Source: an uncultured Pelagibacteraceae bacterium (lineage in GTDB: Bacteria; Pseudomonadota; Alphaproteobacteria; Pelagibacterales; Pelagibacteraceae). From it: DNA of 64,000 nt. Within the stretch, counting starts at the first letter, position 1, and every line of letters begins with the position of its first letter. Location of the stretch: positions 5,996 to 69,995 of the forward strand of contig CABYOT010000006.1 of NCBI GenBank assembly GCA_902520695.1. Direction: 5' to 3'. Below the pieces are notes generated by a model that ran no database searches, had not been told where the DNA came from, and saw only the letters and a list, made by a program, of their open reading frames with translations. Shown here piece after piece: positions 19,815 through 29,468 of this stretch. Both the position numbers and the translations under genes were made by a program.

Positions 19815-21742
19815 GATAAACACTCCTCATAATCTTGTTGGTTATTATTTTCTTCTTTTGATTTATAAACATTTGCTGAAATGTCGGTTGAATTTGCATC
19901 ATTAACATTTTCAGCACGTTGTATTGATTTAGACCTACAGTAGTAAAGACTCTTCAATCCTTTCTTCCATGCTTGGAAGTGAATTTGATGTAAATCTCTT
20001 TTGTGGACATCTGCAGGTAAAAATAAGTTAATAGATTGAGCTTGAGAAATATGAGGTGTTCTGTCTGCACTCAAATCAACAAGCCATCTTTGATCTAACT
20101 CAAAAGCTGTTTTAAAAACATCTTTTTCATCTTGAGTTAAAAAATCTAAATGTGAAACAGATCCCTGATTAGTTGTAATACTTGACCAAACTTCATCTGT
20201 ATCTTTTCCGTGTTTTTCTAATAGTTGTCTTAAATATTTATTTCGAACATTAAATGAACCGGACAATGTTTTGTGAGTAAAGCTATTTGCAGCAATTGGT
20301 TCAACACCTGGAGATGTTCCACCACATATTATTGAGATAGAAGCTGTAGGTGCTATCGCAGTTTTATTAGAAAATCTCTCCACAACACCATAATCTGCTG
20401 CATCAGGGCATGGTCCTCTTTCCTCTGCTAAATCTTTTGATGCCTTATCCACATTTTTATGAATATGCTCAAAAATCTTTTTATTCCAAGCTTTGCTCAT
20501 TACGGATTCTATTGGAATCATCTTTTTTTGGTAATAAGAATGTAGTCCCATTACACCCAATCCTACACTTCGTTCTCTCATTGCTGAATATGTGGCATCG
20601 CTAAATTGTTCAGGTGCATTTTCTATGAAATCAGTCATAACATTATCTAAAAATCTCATGACATCTTGTATAAAGTTTTCATCATCTTTCCACTCATCGT
20701 ACTTTTCTACATTTAATGATGACAAACAACATACGGCAGTTCTATCTCTTCCATCTTTATCAATTCCTGTTGGAAGTGTAATCTCGCTACAAAGGTTTGA
20801 AGTTTTAACAGTAAGACCTGCTAATTTATGATGTTGTGGTATTTGTCTGTTAACAGTATCGATGAATATAATATATGGCTCTCCTGTTTCTATTCTGGCT
20901 GTAAGTAATCTTATCCAAAGATTTCTTGCGGATACTGTTGCTTGAACAGCTCCATCTTTTGGACTTTTTAGTCCCCATTGCTCGTCCAATTCGACAGCTC
21001 TCATGAACGCGTCTGAAACTAAGACACCATGATGTAAATTTAATGATTTTCTATTAGGGTCTCCCCCAGTTGGTCTTCTCATCTCAATAAATTCTTCAAT
21101 TTCTGGATGATCTATAGGAATATAACAAGCAGCAGAACCTCTTCTTAATGAACCTTGGCTAATCGCCATAGTTAAAGAGTCCATCACTTTAATAAATGGA
21201 ATTATCCCTGAAGTTTTGCCAACTCTTCCAATTTTCTCTCCTATTGATCTAAGGTTTCCCCAGTAACTTCCAATACCTCCGCCTCGTGCTGCAAGCCAAA
21301 CGTTCTCACTCCACAGATCAAGAATACCGTTAAGACTGTCACTAGCTTCGTTTAGAAAACATGAAATAGGCAATCCTCTTGTAGTTCCACCATTTGATAA
21401 CACTGGTGTTGCGGGCATGAACCAAAGATTACTAATGTAGTTATATAATCTTTGAGCGTGTAAATTGTCATCAGCATAATGACTTGCAACTCTAGCAAAT
21501 AAATCTTGGAAAGATTCATTGGCTCCTAAATATCTATCCTTAAGAGTAGCTTTTCCAAAGTCAGTTAAATTATCATCTCTGCTTCTATCAATTTTAATTG
21601 TTATGCCTTTTGAATTTTGAAATAGTTCTGTTTCACTATTAAGAGAAAATAAATCTAATCTTTTATCTTTAGGATCTTGATTCACATTTGGTGTATAATC
21701 AGAGACAGCTTTCCTAATAGCTTGTGATAAAATCTTGTTCAT
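19805..21742 (-). CDS. nrdA: Class Ia ribonucleotide reductase alpha subunit, no ATP-cone
   Basis: FMPATPVL, GLPISCFL, SNLCSEI, VCCLSS, TAIAPTAS, LYYCRS, C-terminal ECLSCQ; AAAGGAG RBS. Confidence 0.97.
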   Translation of the reverse strand: MNKILSQAIRKAVSDYTPNVNQDPKDKRLDLFSLNSETELFQNSKGITIKIDRSRDDNLTDFGKATLKDRYLGANESFQDLFARVASHYADDNLHAQRLYNYISNLWFMPATPVLSNGGTTRGLPISCFLNEASDSLNGILDLWSENVWLAARGGGIGSYWGNLRSIGEKIGRVGKTSGIIPFIKVMDSLTMAISQGSLRRGSAACYIPIDHPEIEEFIEMRRPTGGDPNRKSLNLHHGVLVSDAFMRAVELDEQWGLKSPKDGAVQATVSARNLWIRLLTARIETGEPYIIFIDTVNRQIPQHHKLAGLTVKTSNLCSEITLPTGIDKDGRDRTAVCCLSSLNVEKYDEWKDDENFIQDVMRFLDNVMTDFIENAPEQFSDATYSAMRERSVGLGVMGLHSYYQKKMIPIESVMSKAWNKKIFEHIHKNVDKASKDLAEERGPCPDAADYGVVERFSNKTAIAPTASISIICGGTSPGVEPIAANSFTHKTLSGSFNVRNKYLRQLLEKHGKDTDEVWSSITTNQGSVSHLDFLTQDEKDVFKTAFELDQRWLVDLSADRTPHISQAQSINLFLPADVHKRDLHQIHFQAWKKGLKSLYYCRSKSIQRAENVNDANSTDISANVYKSKEENNNQQDYEECLSCQ

Positions 21743-21778
21743 TTAGCTCCTTTTTTGTACTATACTTAATTTAGTAAA

Positions 21779-21794
21779 ACAACTAGATGTTGTA
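21779..21794. promoter_or_regulatory. NrdR box
   Basis: ACAAC-TAGAT-GTTGT inverted repeat 37 nt upstream of nrdA; core CTAGATGTTG fits the NrdR consensus CwAnATnTwG. Confidence 0.75.
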
Positions 21795-21900
21795 TGATGG
21801 TTTGGTAAATATACTATATGACCAACAAATCAATAGAACATTTATAGAACTTGAGAAAAAATTATCAATAAAAAAATAAACAAAATATAAAAATATTAAC

Positions 21901-23355
21901 ATGAAAAATTCAATAAAAATTGATCCTTTTGGCTTTAGAGAGTACGACGCGCGATGGTTGTACCCTGATAATATCAATTTAGAAGGTGTGACAAATTTGG
22001 GAAAAGGTTTCGGAACACAGATTATTAATCATACAAATAAAAGCAATCCAAGAATCATAGTTGGTCATGATTACAGATCTTATAGTGAAGAAATAAAATC
22101 AGCTTTGAAAAAAGGACTTATCTCGACGGGTTGTTATGTCGAAGATGTGGGATTAGCATTATCGCCGATGGTTTATTTTGCACAATTCAATTTAGAAAGT
22201 GATGCTGTTGCAATGGTAACAGCAAGTCATAATGAAAATGGTTGGACAGGTGTCAAGATGGGAATCAAGAAAGGCTTAACTCATGCTCCAGAAGAAATGA
22301 AAGAATTAAAAGATATAACCTTAAATAACAAATTTATTGAAGGTCATGGCAGTGAAAAAAAGGTAAGCAATTTTCTAAGTATTTATAAAGATGATCTAAT
22401 AAATAAAAATAAAATTAACAAAAAAATCAAAGCTGTTGTTGCGTGTGGAAACGGAACAGCAGGAATATTTGCACCAGATATTTTAAGAGGCATTGGTTGT
22501 GAAGTAATAGAGCTAGATTGTAATTTAGATTATACATTTCCTAAATACAATCCAAATCCAGAAGATTTAAAAATGCTACATGCCATAAGCAAATGTGTCA
22601 TAGAAAATAATGCTGATATCGGATTTGGATTTGACGGTGATGGTGATCGTGTAGGCGTAATAGATAACGATGGTAATGAAATTTTTTCAGATAAAATTGG
22701 ATTATTGATTGCAAGGAACTTATCTTCAAACCACAAAGGGTCTAAATTTGTTGTAGATGTTAAATCAACTGGGTTGTATTCAACAGATGAAGTTTTAAAA
22801 AATAACTCTTGTGAAACATTATATTGGAAAACTGGACATTCCCATATCAAAAGAAAAGTAAATAATGAAAAAGCACTTGCGGGCTTTGAAAAAAGTGGTC
22901 ATTTCTTTTTTAACAAACCTTTAGGTTACGGATATGATGATGGTATAAATTCAGCTATTCAAGTTTGCCATTTATTAAATAATAATCATAAAAAAATGAG
23001 TGAGATCAAAAGTGAATTACCTAATACCTATCAATCACCTACCATGGCACCTTTTTGTGAAGATAATGAAAAATATCAAGTTGTTGAAGAAATAATTAAA
23101 CAAATTGAGGATTTAAAAACAAATAGTGTTCAAATTGATAATCAAGAAATTGAGGACATACTTAAAGTAAATGGTATCAGATTTTCTTTTAAAGACGGCT
23201 CATGGGGTTTAATAAGGGCCTCATCTAATAAACCTTCGCTAGTAGTCGTTACTGAAAGTCCAACATCTGATGAAAGAAAGAAAAAAATTTTCGAATTTAT
23301 TGACGATTTACTGCAAAAAACTGGTAAAATAGGCGAATACGATCAAAAGATTTAA
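21901..23355 (+). CDS. Phosphomannomutase/phosphoglucomutase (AlgC/ExoC-like)
   Basis: FREYDAR, VTASHN, GFDGDGDR, GFEKSGH, RASSNKP. Confidence 0.92.
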   Translation: MKNSIKIDPFGFREYDARWLYPDNINLEGVTNLGKGFGTQIINHTNKSNPRIIVGHDYRSYSEEIKSALKKGLISTGCYVEDVGLALSPMVYFAQFNLESDAVAMVTASHNENGWTGVKMGIKKGLTHAPEEMKELKDITLNNKFIEGHGSEKKVSNFLSIYKDDLINKNKINKKIKAVVACGNGTAGIFAPDILRGIGCEVIELDCNLDYTFPKYNPNPEDLKMLHAISKCVIENNADIGFGFDGDGDRVGVIDNDGNEIFSDKIGLLIARNLSSNHKGSKFVVDVKSTGLYSTDEVLKNNSCETLYWKTGHSHIKRKVNNEKALAGFEKSGHFFFNKPLGYGYDDGINSAIQVCHLLNNNHKKMSEIKSELPNTYQSPTMAPFCEDNEKYQVVEEIIKQIEDLKTNSVQIDNQEIEDILKVNGIRFSFKDGSWGLIRASSNKPSLVVVTESPTSDERKKKIFEFIDDLLQKTGKIGEYDQKI

Positions 23356-24186
23356 TTAAAGATCTAAGAACCTAATTAAAAAGAGAGTACCTATTACATA
23401 TAAAAATACCCCAAACATTCTTTGAGTTTTATTTTTATCGGTGGTGTGTACCATATTTGCTCCAATTCTAGCCATAAAAGATGTAATTGGAATAAAAATC
23501 AAAAATGCAGGAATATTTACAAAACCTATGCTTAAAGGAAGATTTGCATTTAGTAAAAAACCAGATGTCAAAAAACCAATTGAGCCAATAGATGCTATTA
23601 TAAATCCTATTGCAGCAGAACTTCCAATTGCTCTACTTATAGGATATCCAAAATATCTTAGGATTGGAACATTCATCATAGCTCCTGTAATACCCATAGG
23701 TGCAGATATAAAGCCAGAAATGAAACCAAACGTTGCTCTAGGCAGAAACTTAAACTTTTTATTTTTTTTTAATTCCTGTTTTACTAGTAATAAATATCCA
23801 CCAAAAAAATATACAACTACTGCAAAAAATAAAACTAAAGATTTTGTATTTAACAATGCTGCCATGTATGTACCAAGCAAAACTCCAAATATAACAAATA
23901 GACCATAAGTTTTTAAAATATTTGTATCTACAGCTTTATGTTTTTGATGAGTCATAACTGATACAAAAGCAGTAAAAATTGTAATAGAAAAGGCGGTTCC
24001 TACTGAAAGATGCATTAAATAAGATCTATCAATATTTGATGTTTCAAATATAAAAAAAAGTACAGGTACAGATATTAGACCGCCACCTATCCCAAAATAA
24101 CCTGCAAAAAATCCAACTGGAAATGCAGTTACTACCATTAATAAAATTAAAAGATAATACTGATTAGAAAGAATAGTATTAATCAA
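23356..24186 (-). CDS. TSUP (TauE/SafE) family membrane protein
   Basis: GFFAGYFGIGGG, AVGTAF-type motif, GITGAMMNVP, AIGSSAA. TTG start at 24186 overlaps the dusA stop. Confidence 0.85.
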   Translation of the reverse strand: MINTILSNQYYLLILLMVVTAFPVGFFAGYFGIGGGLISVPVLFFIFETSNIDRSYLMHLSVGTAFSITIFTAFVSVMTHQKHKAVDTNILKTYGLFVIFGVLLGTYMAALLNTKSLVLFFAVVVYFFGGYLLLVKQELKKNKKFKFLPRATFGFISGFISAPMGITGAMMNVPILRYFGYPISRAIGSSAAIGFIIASIGSIGFLTSGFLLNANLPLSIGFVNIPAFLIFIPITSFMARIGANMVHTTDKNKTQRMFGVFLYVIGTLFLIRFLDL

Positions 24187-25180
24187 TTCTACCTGCCGAA
24201 TGTAATTTAGGAGAAAGTCTAACTTTATCCATAATATGATCAATTTTTTTTACATCCGCATCTCTTACACACATATTTTCACTTAAATATCTTTTCCAGT
24301 GGCTTGAACCCGTTTGTCCGTGGAATAAACCTAGTGTATGTCTCATAACTTGATTTACTCTTGTACCCATTTGTACTTGAGCCTTAACATAATCAATTAA
24401 CTCCTCAAGAATTTCTTCTCGCTCTTTAATTTCGCTATTATTAAAAATCTCTTTTTCAATATCAGCTAAAAGATAAGGAGAATGATAAACAGATCTTCCA
24501 ATCATTGCTCCATCCACTTTATCTAAATGATCTTTTACTTCTTCAACTGAAGTGACACCGCCATTAATAATTATTTCAAGGTCTTTGAAATCTTGCTTTA
24601 GTTTATACACATAATCATATTTTAAAGGGGGTATATTAAGATTTTGCTTAGGCGTAAATTTACCTAGCATGGCTTTTCTTGCATGAATTATAAAAGTTTT
24701 AACCCCAGTCTCCTTTAAAGTTTTTATGAAATTAAAAAAATGTTCGTAATCCTCAACATCGTCATATCCAATTCTAGTCTTAACTGTAACTGGCAAAGAT
24801 GTTGAGTTAATCATTTCTGACAAACAATCAGCCACTAAATTTGGTTCCTTAATTAAACATGCGCCAAATCTATTTTTTTGGACTTTTTTACTTGGACAGC
24901 CTAAGTTTAAATTAATTTCATCATAACCATAATCTTCGCCAATTTTGGCAGCATTTGCTAATAATTTTGGCGTAGAGCCACCTAATTGTAAAGCAACTGG
25001 TTTTTCTCTTAGATCAAACGATAATAATTTATCTTTATCTCCTCTATCAATTGCTTCGGAAACCACCATTTCTGTATAAAGAAGAACATTTTTACTTATC
25101 AATCTTAAAAAGTATCTTTCGTGTCTATCAGTGCAATCCATCATAGGTGCAACTGACACCAACCTATTAATCTCAGACAT
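24179..25180 (-). CDS. dusA: tRNA-dihydrouridine(20/20a) synthase
   Basis: VAPMMDCTDRH, EINLNLGCPS, VTVKTRIG, FIIHARKA, INGG, MIGR. Confidence 0.93.
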   Translation of the reverse strand: MSEINRLVSVAPMMDCTDRHERYFLRLISKNVLLYTEMVVSEAIDRGDKDKLLSFDLREKPVALQLGGSTPKLLANAAKIGEDYGYDEINLNLGCPSKKVQKNRFGACLIKEPNLVADCLSEMINSTSLPVTVKTRIGYDDVEDYEHFFNFIKTLKETGVKTFIIHARKAMLGKFTPKQNLNIPPLKYDYVYKLKQDFKDLEIIINGGVTSVEEVKDHLDKVDGAMIGRSVYHSPYLLADIEKEIFNNSEIKEREEILEELIDYVKAQVQMGTRVNQVMRHTLGLFHGQTGSSHWKRYLSENMCVRDADVKKIDHIMDKVRLSPKLHSAGRID

Positions 25181-26480
25181 ATTTTTTAACTTTATTTGAA
25201 ATATTTACTTTCTTTTCGTTTACATATTCTTGATGATTTTTCTCAATTTTAGCTAATTCGTATCTATAGTTAGCCATTACACCAAAAGACCTTTTGAAAC
25301 CAACTTCAGAAACATTTGCGTTTACTGCAATATCATCAATATCAGCTCCATTTTTCAAATGAAATCTGCAAACATCATTTATTGGAAAACCAAAATCATT
25401 TTTCTGTTTTGTTAAATAATTTACCGCTAACTTACTAATCAGTGCCTTGTTATCGGCAATTCTTTTGTCTCCTATTTTTAAATCAGAAGACTTTAAAAAA
25501 TCTAAACTATTTTTGTTTGCCTCTCCTAGTATTTCAGCAGCCTGAGCACTTTCCATTTTTTTAAACCAATCAGCAAATCCTACCATTGGTGACAAAGTTC
25601 CAAAGTATTTAACATCTGGAAGCTCTTCTTGAAGCTCATAAACAACTCTTTTAATTAAAAAATTTCCTAAAGTTACCCTTGATAAGCCATCTTGGCAGTT
25701 ACTGATTGAATAGAAAGTAGCTGTATCATAGTTTTTTATTTTTTCGTCCGAAGGTCTTGTTAACTCTTGTATCGATTGACTTAATCCTTTGGTCAAAGCT
25801 ATTTCAACAAATATAATAGGCTCGTCCTCTAAAGCAGGATGAAAATAAGCAAAAAACCTTCTATCTTTTCCAAGTCTCCTTTTTAATTCGTTCATATCTT
25901 TCATCGAATGAACTTTTTCGTATTTTAATAATTTTTCTAAAATTGCAGCTTTTGTATCCCAGGTTATTTTTCTTAGTTTTAAAAATCCTGGGTTAAACCA
26001 ATTTTTAAATATATCAATTAAATCATAGTCTAAGCTTTTTAACTCGGGTTTATCCTTCATTAATTTTAATAAATCTTCTCTTAAAGATACAATTTCTGAA
26101 GTTCCGTTAGGGGCCATGTTTAATCTAACAAATAGTTCTTTTCTAATACCAGAGGTTACCCTCGATAGATTTAAAATTGAATAATCATCTTGCTTATCAC
26201 TATATCTCTTAATGGCTTCATCAATTTTTGATGGGTCTGGTTTGTATTTTTCATTAACATCAATTAAAAATTTGTTTTTTTCTTCTTCAGATAAGTTTTG
26301 ATATCTAAATAATATATCTCTTGCGAGGGTAATTCCAAAAGCTGCGCCTTTTGTAGACAATAGGTCATCGCAAAGATCTAATAGATCTCTTTTTTTTGTG
26401 ATACTTTTAAGAGATTTTTTTTCTAAAATCTTTTGTCCAGCATCAGCTATAGTCTCAAATATTCTTTTTATATTTAACAT
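25173..26480 (-). CDS. matA: Malonyl-CoA decarboxylase (MatA/MCD type)
   Basis: WFNPGFL, LLKYEKVH, DRRFFAYFHP, EPIIFVEIAL, FYSISNCQ.GL, LGNFLIKRVV, TLSP, RFHLKNGA. Confidence 0.92.
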   Translation of the reverse strand: MLNIKRIFETIADAGQKILEKKSLKSITKKRDLLDLCDDLLSTKGAAFGITLARDILFRYQNLSEEEKNKFLIDVNEKYKPDPSKIDEAIKRYSDKQDDYSILNLSRVTSGIRKELFVRLNMAPNGTSEIVSLREDLLKLMKDKPELKSLDYDLIDIFKNWFNPGFLKLRKITWDTKAAILEKLLKYEKVHSMKDMNELKRRLGKDRRFFAYFHPALEDEPIIFVEIALTKGLSQSIQELTRPSDEKIKNYDTATFYSISNCQDGLSRVTLGNFLIKRVVYELQEELPDVKYFGTLSPMVGFADWFKKMESAQAAEILGEANKNSLDFLKSSDLKIGDKRIADNKALISKLAVNYLTKQKNDFGFPINDVCRFHLKNGADIDDIAVNANVSEVGFKRSFGVMANYRYELAKIEKNHQEYVNEKKVNISNKVKKYV

Positions 26481-26495
26481 GGTGTTTTTTATATA

Positions 26496-27827
26496 TTAAA
26501 AACCTAAACTTTTGCCCATTATTTTATCAGGAAGCCAAGTAACAATTTCAGGAAAAACACACAAAATTAATATAGCTAAAGCCATAATTATCATAAAAGG
26601 TATAGATCCTTTTAATATTTCAGACAAACTAACGTCTGGTGTAATGCCCTTGATTATATAAAGGTTTAATCCAACAGGTGGAGTAATAAGGCCAATTTCC
26701 ATATTTATCGTAAATACAATTGCAAACCAGTATGGATCAAAGCCTAAAGTAGTTATAACTGGTAACAATATTGCTGAAGTCATCACAATTACAGCAACAG
26801 GGGGTAAAAAGAAACCTGCTATTAATAGAAAAATATTAATTAGAATAAATACGACCCATTTGTTTGAACTTAATTCTACCATACTTTGGGCTAATGATTG
26901 AGTTACGTAAAGTTGAGAAAGTGTGAATGCAAAAAGATAAGATGCTGCGATGATGAACATTATCATCACACTTTCTTTCATTGAAACTTTAACTATATTC
27001 CATATTTTTTTTGGTTGATAAATTTTATAAACTACAGCTATCAATACAAAAACTAAAAATGCTCCAACACCTGATGCTTCTGAGGGTGTCGCAACACCAC
27101 CGTACAACACATATAAAACACCAGCTATGATTGCTAAAAAAGGAAGAATTCTTGGTAGCACCTCAATTTTTTCTTTAAATGTAGGAGGTGTTCTATTTTT
27201 TAAAGCCTTTGCTGAATCTTTATCAATAAAATAACTATGTATAAGGGCCCATATTGCAAACATACCAGCCAACATAAATCCAGGTATTAATCCACATAAA
27301 AATAATCTTCCTATTGATGTTCCTGTTGCAATTCCATAAACAATTAAAACAATACTAGGTGGAATTAAAACTCCTAGAGTACCACCAGCTGCTATTGTCC
27401 CTGTTGCTATTTGATCTGAATATCCTCTTTTTCTCATTTCAGGTATTCCCATGGTTCCGATTGCAGCACAAGTTGCTGGACTTGATCCACTCAGGGCAGC
27501 GAAAACTGAACAAGCACCAATATTAGATATTACTAGTCCACCCGGAACTCTCCATAGCCACCTATCTAATCCAGTATATAAATCTTTACCTGCTGGAGAA
27601 TTTGCTACTGCCATTCCCATTAAAATAAACATTGGTATTGAAAGCAGAACAAAAGAATTTAAGCCTGCATAAAAAGTTTCCGCAAATACATCTAACATTT
27701 GAAACCCTTCAAATGCTACTAAAAGTGCTATCGAGACAAAACTTAAACCAAACGCGATTGGTATTCCTGAAAACAAAACTATTAAAGTAAAAACCGCAAC
27801 TATTACTGCTATTAATAAAGGATCCAT
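26496..27827 (-). CDS. dctM: TRAP transporter large permease DctM
   Basis: LLSIPMFILMG, ALSGSSPAT, AGGTLGVLIPPS, ITPPVGLNL. Confidence 0.95.
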   Translation of the reverse strand: MDPLLIAVIVAVFTLIVLFSGIPIAFGLSFVSIALLVAFEGFQMLDVFAETFYAGLNSFVLLSIPMFILMGMAVANSPAGKDLYTGLDRWLWRVPGGLVISNIGACSVFAALSGSSPATCAAIGTMGIPEMRKRGYSDQIATGTIAAGGTLGVLIPPSIVLIVYGIATGTSIGRLFLCGLIPGFMLAGMFAIWALIHSYFIDKDSAKALKNRTPPTFKEKIEVLPRILPFLAIIAGVLYVLYGGVATPSEASGVGAFLVFVLIAVVYKIYQPKKIWNIVKVSMKESVMIMFIIAASYLFAFTLSQLYVTQSLAQSMVELSSNKWVVFILINIFLLIAGFFLPPVAVIVMTSAILLPVITTLGFDPYWFAIVFTINMEIGLITPPVGLNLYIIKGITPDVSLSEILKGSIPFMIIMALAILILCVFPEIVTWLPDKIMGKSLGF

Positions 27828-28321
27828 TAATTGATACCTTCTTCATCAAAAAGTTTAATAATTTCTGCAATATATTGAAGTATCATCAAAGCTGCTCCAA
27901 TCATCATTGAAGAATAAGGTATCCATAAAGGTGGATCCCAAACTGTTCCAGTCGAATAATTTTTGGTAAAAGCTTCCTCAACCATTAAAAATCCAAAATA
28001 GAATAAAATTAAAAAAAATAGTAAGCTAATTAATGATGTAAATATTTTAAGTCTTAATATATTTTTTTTTGATAAAAAATCATAAATCCACTCCATACTA
28101 ACGTGAGCTTTTTCACTTAAAACATAGGCACTTCCAATGAAAGTTGAAGAAACCAACAACATCGTAACCAATTCTGTCTGCCATGTGATTGCTCTTTGGA
28201 AAAAATATCTTTCAAAAACAAGCTCAACAATTACCAAAATTGATAAGATTAAGGCTAGAACAGCAAAGGCACCGCAAGCCTTTGAGGATAAATTACAAAA
28301 TTTTAAATATTTTTCTTTCAT
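27827..28321 (-). CDS. dctQ: TRAP transporter small permease DctQ
   Basis: 4-TM protein with WQTEL, AHVSME and PLWIPY motifs, lying between dctP and dctM. Confidence 0.9.
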   Translation of the reverse strand: MKEKYLKFCNLSSKACGAFAVLALILSILVIVELVFERYFFQRAITWQTELVTMLLVSSTFIGSAYVLSEKAHVSMEWIYDFLSKKNILRLKIFTSLISLLFFLILFYFGFLMVEEAFTKNYSTGTVWDPPLWIPYSSMMIGAALMILQYIAEIIKLFDEEGIN

Positions 28322-28355
28322 AAAAAAACCCCTATTTAATTTTCAAATAGGGGTT
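28322..28355 (-). terminator. Intrinsic terminator/attenuator between dctP and dctQ
   Basis: 11-bp stem AACCCCTATTT/AAATAGGGGTT with a 7-nt loop; on the minus strand it ends in T7 directly before the dctQ ATG. Confidence 0.8.
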
Positions 28356-28370
28356 CTTTATATATTTTTT

Positions 28371-29381
28371 TTATTTAACTGCCAAAGCCATTTCCATAAG
28401 CTTATCACCACCTGGAACTTTTTCAGCAAATGCTTTGTGGGAAGATTGTTTTGCAATCTCAACCCAAGCTGCATGATCGTTTGCATCCATATATACTAAC
28501 TTAACTCCTGCTGCTTTATATGCGTCTTCAAATTTTTTATCTAAATTTTCGACTTGCGCAGTCATATATTTCTCGGCAACTTTACCTGCTTCCATTAAGG
28601 CATTTTGTTGTTTTGAATTTAATTTATCAAAACTCATTTTTGACATCAATATTGGCTCATACATAAACCATAATCCAAATTTTCCTGGAGGTGTTGCACA
28701 ACTTACTTGTTCATAAATTTTGTAACTTACAAAACTTCCTGAACTAGTATTTGCACCAGTTAAAACTCCTGTTTGTAATCCAGTATAAATTTCTGATGAA
28801 GGCATACTTTGAATACCCGCTCCAGCTGCTTCTAACATTTGGTTAAATGCTTTACCAGCTGCTCTCATTACCTGTCCTTTTGCATCTGATGGATTTTTTA
28901 TGCATTTAGATTTTGATGCAAATCCACCGCCAAGCCAAGCATCAGATAATACAACTACTCCAGCATCATTAATAATTCTCTTGATCTCTGTCATCATCGG
29001 TCCTTTGTTAAATCTTAAGGCATGATCGTGATTTTTAACTGTTCCTGGCATTAATGTTGCATCAAATTCAGGATGAAATTTAGATGCGTATGCTAGTGGA
29101 AACGCAGAAATATCTAACTGACCAGTAGTCATTGGTTTCCATTGCTCTTTTGGTTTATAAAGTGATTTTGCAGGATAAATTCTGATATCTAAATCAACAC
29201 CTGCTTTTTTAACTTCATCTGCAATTATTTGAACCATTTCATGTCTTGGATCAAAAGAACCATCAGCTCTTGGAGTACCAGGCCACTGATGACTTGCTTT
29301 TAATGTAACAGCATAAGCTGATCCAATTAATGAGAAAGCTAAAAATAATGTTGTGAAATAAAAACTTATTTTTTTTAACAT
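28371..29381 (-). CDS. dctP: TRAP substrate-binding protein DctP (candidate malonate-binding)
   Basis: Signal peptide, LKASHQWP, conserved Arg in MRAAG, EIYTGLQTGVLTG; GAGGGG RBS. Confidence 0.92.
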   Translation of the reverse strand: MLKKISFYFTTLFLAFSLIGSAYAVTLKASHQWPGTPRADGSFDPRHEMVQIIADEVKKAGVDLDIRIYPAKSLYKPKEQWKPMTTGQLDISAFPLAYASKFHPEFDATLMPGTVKNHDHALRFNKGPMMTEIKRIINDAGVVVLSDAWLGGGFASKSKCIKNPSDAKGQVMRAAGKAFNQMLEAAGAGIQSMPSSEIYTGLQTGVLTGANTSSGSFVSYKIYEQVSCATPPGKFGLWFMYEPILMSKMSFDKLNSKQQNALMEAGKVAEKYMTAQVENLDKKFEDAYKAAGVKLVYMDANDHAAWVEIAKQSSHKAFAEKVPGGDKLMEMALAVK

Positions 29382-29413
29382 GTTTCCCCTCTTTAAATTA
29401 ATTTAATAAACAT

Positions 29414-29442
29414 ATTAAATTGAACTTATTAGTAAGAGTCAA
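29414..29442 (-). promoter_or_regulatory. Putative sigma70 promoter of dctPQM-matA
   Basis: Minus strand TTGACT, 17 nt spacer, TTTAAT. Confidence 0.65.
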
Positions 29443-29468
29443 TATAAGGAAATGTCATATATTTAATT

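Noticed and set aside
18804-21742. Phage-derived or intron/intein-containing nrdAB
   Set aside because: The ORFs are continuous and of normal length, have an NrdR box and core-gene neighbours, and no phage genes are nearby.
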